A program made the position numbers and the translations under genes. A stretch of 64,000 nucleotides of DNA from Candidatus Eiseniibacteriota bacterium (lineage in GTDB: Bacteria; Eisenbacteria; RBG-16-71-46; DASYSL01), in assembly GCA_050733935.1 (NCBI GenBank), contig JBOHUC010000176.1, forward strand, positions 1,869 to 65,868, given 5' to 3'. Each line of letters opens with the position of its first letter. The stretch's first letter is position 1. The notes below the pieces were generated by a model that ran no database searches, was not told the origin of the DNA, and was given only the letters and a program-made list of their open reading frames with translations. Shown piece after piece: positions 62,550-64,000 of this stretch.

Positions 62550-63929
62550 TCAGGTGCGGTCGGAAACCTCGAGCGTGGCGAGCACTTCCTTCCACGCGTC
62601 CTGGAGCGCGCCTTCGAGCAGCATCGATTCCCCGGGCAGGCGCCCGTAACCGACGCGGTAGCTCTCACCCGACCGGCGGATCGAGCCGTACGACGTCGCC
62701 CCCGTGCCGCGCACCTGGAGCGTACCCGCACGGCCGCGCGACGAACGGACGAGCGTCTCGACGTCGAGCGTGCCCAGGGCCTCCGACCACGCGCGCGTGC
62801 GCGTCTTGCAGGCGTCGCGCTCGGTGTTCCACTGCTCGGGCGTGTAGAGCGCGTAGTCGCGCGGATCGCCTGTGAGGTCCGCGGTCGTCATGACCGCGCG
62901 CCAGCCTGCGCCGCGATCGGCCGAACGGCGCGCAATGAGCTTCCGGTTTTCGATCTGGTGCACCTCGCACTCGACGGCAACCGATACCCACCGATCCTCG
63001 ATCCGGACGATCACCGGGATCTCACGCCAGCGCGTGACCGTCGAGCCGTCGGGCTGGGGGGCGAGCTCCTTCCGGTAGACCATGCCGTGGAAGGTCTCGG
63101 AGTGTGACTCGATGCGGTCGCCGTAGATGCGCGCCCAGGCAACGCGCGTCGCGTCGTGCTGCTCGGCAATTCCGTACGCCGCCTCGCTCGCGAAGCGGCC
63201 CGGACCGTAACCGAAGAGCTCGGCCCAGACCGTCTCCGGATCCTCGAGGCGCGTGAACGGAAGCCGATCGCCGGCCTCGTCCTTCACGTGCCGGTACATG
63301 TCCCACGAGAGCTCGCGCGAGTCGATGCGGGCGCGCGTGTCGTTCGCATACGGAAGAAGGAGCACGCGATCGACCGCGAGCTCGCGAGTGCGTGCGAGGC
63401 GCTCGACGATCGAGGTGTCGTTCGGACGGAAGCTCCGGGCGCGCTCGAACTCGGCGTACGCGGCCTTCGGGCGACGGTCCTCGAGCAGCGATTCCCCTTC
63501 GTCGACGAGCTGCGCGGCGGCGCTCGTCCGGACGCGCGCCTCCTCGTCCGCCAGGCGTGCATCGGAATGGAGCGTCACGCCGTATTGCGCCGTCTCGTAG
63601 CGCAGCTCGTCCATCGCGAGGGCGACTTCGGCGGCGGCGATCGTGTCCATGGGCGCGAGGCTTCGGAAGCGCCTTGCATCGTATTCGAGCACGGCGTTTC
63701 CGCAGGCGCGGAGGGCCGAAATGGCGTTTCCGTTGTAGGGATCCTTCGCGATCGCCTTGAGCGCGGTGGCGTACGCCTTCCGCACCTCGCCTTCGGCGAG
63801 CTGCGCCTGGCTCTTCTGCGCGAGCTTGTTCGAGCTCGCACAGCCGGCTGCGAGCAGAGTCGCGGCAAGCAGGAGCACGAACGTCTTGCTCGCCGCGACG
63901 CGGCTCCGCATCTCGATTGCACGCTTCAT
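62550..63929 (-). CDS. lipoprotein, unknown function
   Basis: Lipobox LAAGCASS. 459-aa ORF with no recognised domain. Confidence 0.6.
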   Translation of the reverse strand: MKRAIEMRSRVAASKTFVLLLAATLLAAGCASSNKLAQKSQAQLAEGEVRKAYATALKAIAKDPYNGNAISALRACGNAVLEYDARRFRSLAPMDTIAAAEVALAMDELRYETAQYGVTLHSDARLADEEARVRTSAAAQLVDEGESLLEDRRPKAAYAEFERARSFRPNDTSIVERLARTRELAVDRVLLLPYANDTRARIDSRELSWDMYRHVKDEAGDRLPFTRLEDPETVWAELFGYGPGRFASEAAYGIAEQHDATRVAWARIYGDRIESHSETFHGMVYRKELAPQPDGSTVTRWREIPVIVRIEDRWVSVAVECEVHQIENRKLIARRSADRGAGWRAVMTTADLTGDPRDYALYTPEQWNTERDACKTRTRAWSEALGTLDVETLVRSSRGRAGTLQVRGTGATSYGSIRRSGESYRVGYGRLPGESMLLEGALQDAWKEVLATLEVSDRT

Positions 63930-64000
63930 CCCGCCCTCCCGCTCGATCGCCGGATGCCCTCGCAGGCCCGCACAAGTCCTTCCCCAACAATATCGGAAGC

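Overview
The window is a visibly GC-rich chromosomal segment. I support about 58 protein-coding genes on both strands. I see no rRNA, tRNA, CRISPR array, transposase, integrase or phage module. Strand and frame calls rest on recognisable family motifs, signal peptides or lipoboxes, Shine-Dalgarno sequences and ATGA-type start/stop overlaps. The many long antisense ORFs in the track look like high-GC artefacts.

Content is mostly envelope and surface biology:
- Eight secreted proteins with different N-terminal modules share one C-terminal domain of about 80 aa, of the FlgD-Ig / T9SS-sorting type. The modules are a beta-helix, a PQQ sugar dehydrogenase, a BNR propeller, FG-GAP/VCBS repeats, a 1255-aa HYR/Ig adhesin, a GH18-like protein and two unknowns. 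This suggests an uncultured FCB-group-like bacterium, which is inference only.
- Other envelope genes include two L,D-transpeptidases, an Ivy-like lysozyme-inhibitor domain and several lipoproteins.

Regulatory and accessory modules:
- an ECF sigma / FecR-like anti-sigma pair
- an ECF sigma overlapping a Ser/Thr kinase
- a BlaI/BlaR1-type pair whose sensor is a HEAT-repeat array
- a mercury-type MerR operon (YHS protein, thioredoxin-like protein, MerT-HMA fusion) with no merA in the window
- Ku and LigD arranged divergently, each with a coupled extra gene
- a BacNaV-type channel with a CaV-like TLEGW filter
- a DUF3300/DUF2950 pair
- MFS and APC transporters and several redox enzymes

I do not see a convincing, wholly novel multi-gene system such as a defence island. 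The best second-look candidates are:
- a 63-bp hairpin repeat that brackets the hydrolase + mer-like module
- the merA-less mer operon
- the HEAT-repeat BlaR1 homologue
- the TLEGW channel
- the extended Ku/LigD locus

All family assignments come from motif recognition by eye and need database confirmation.
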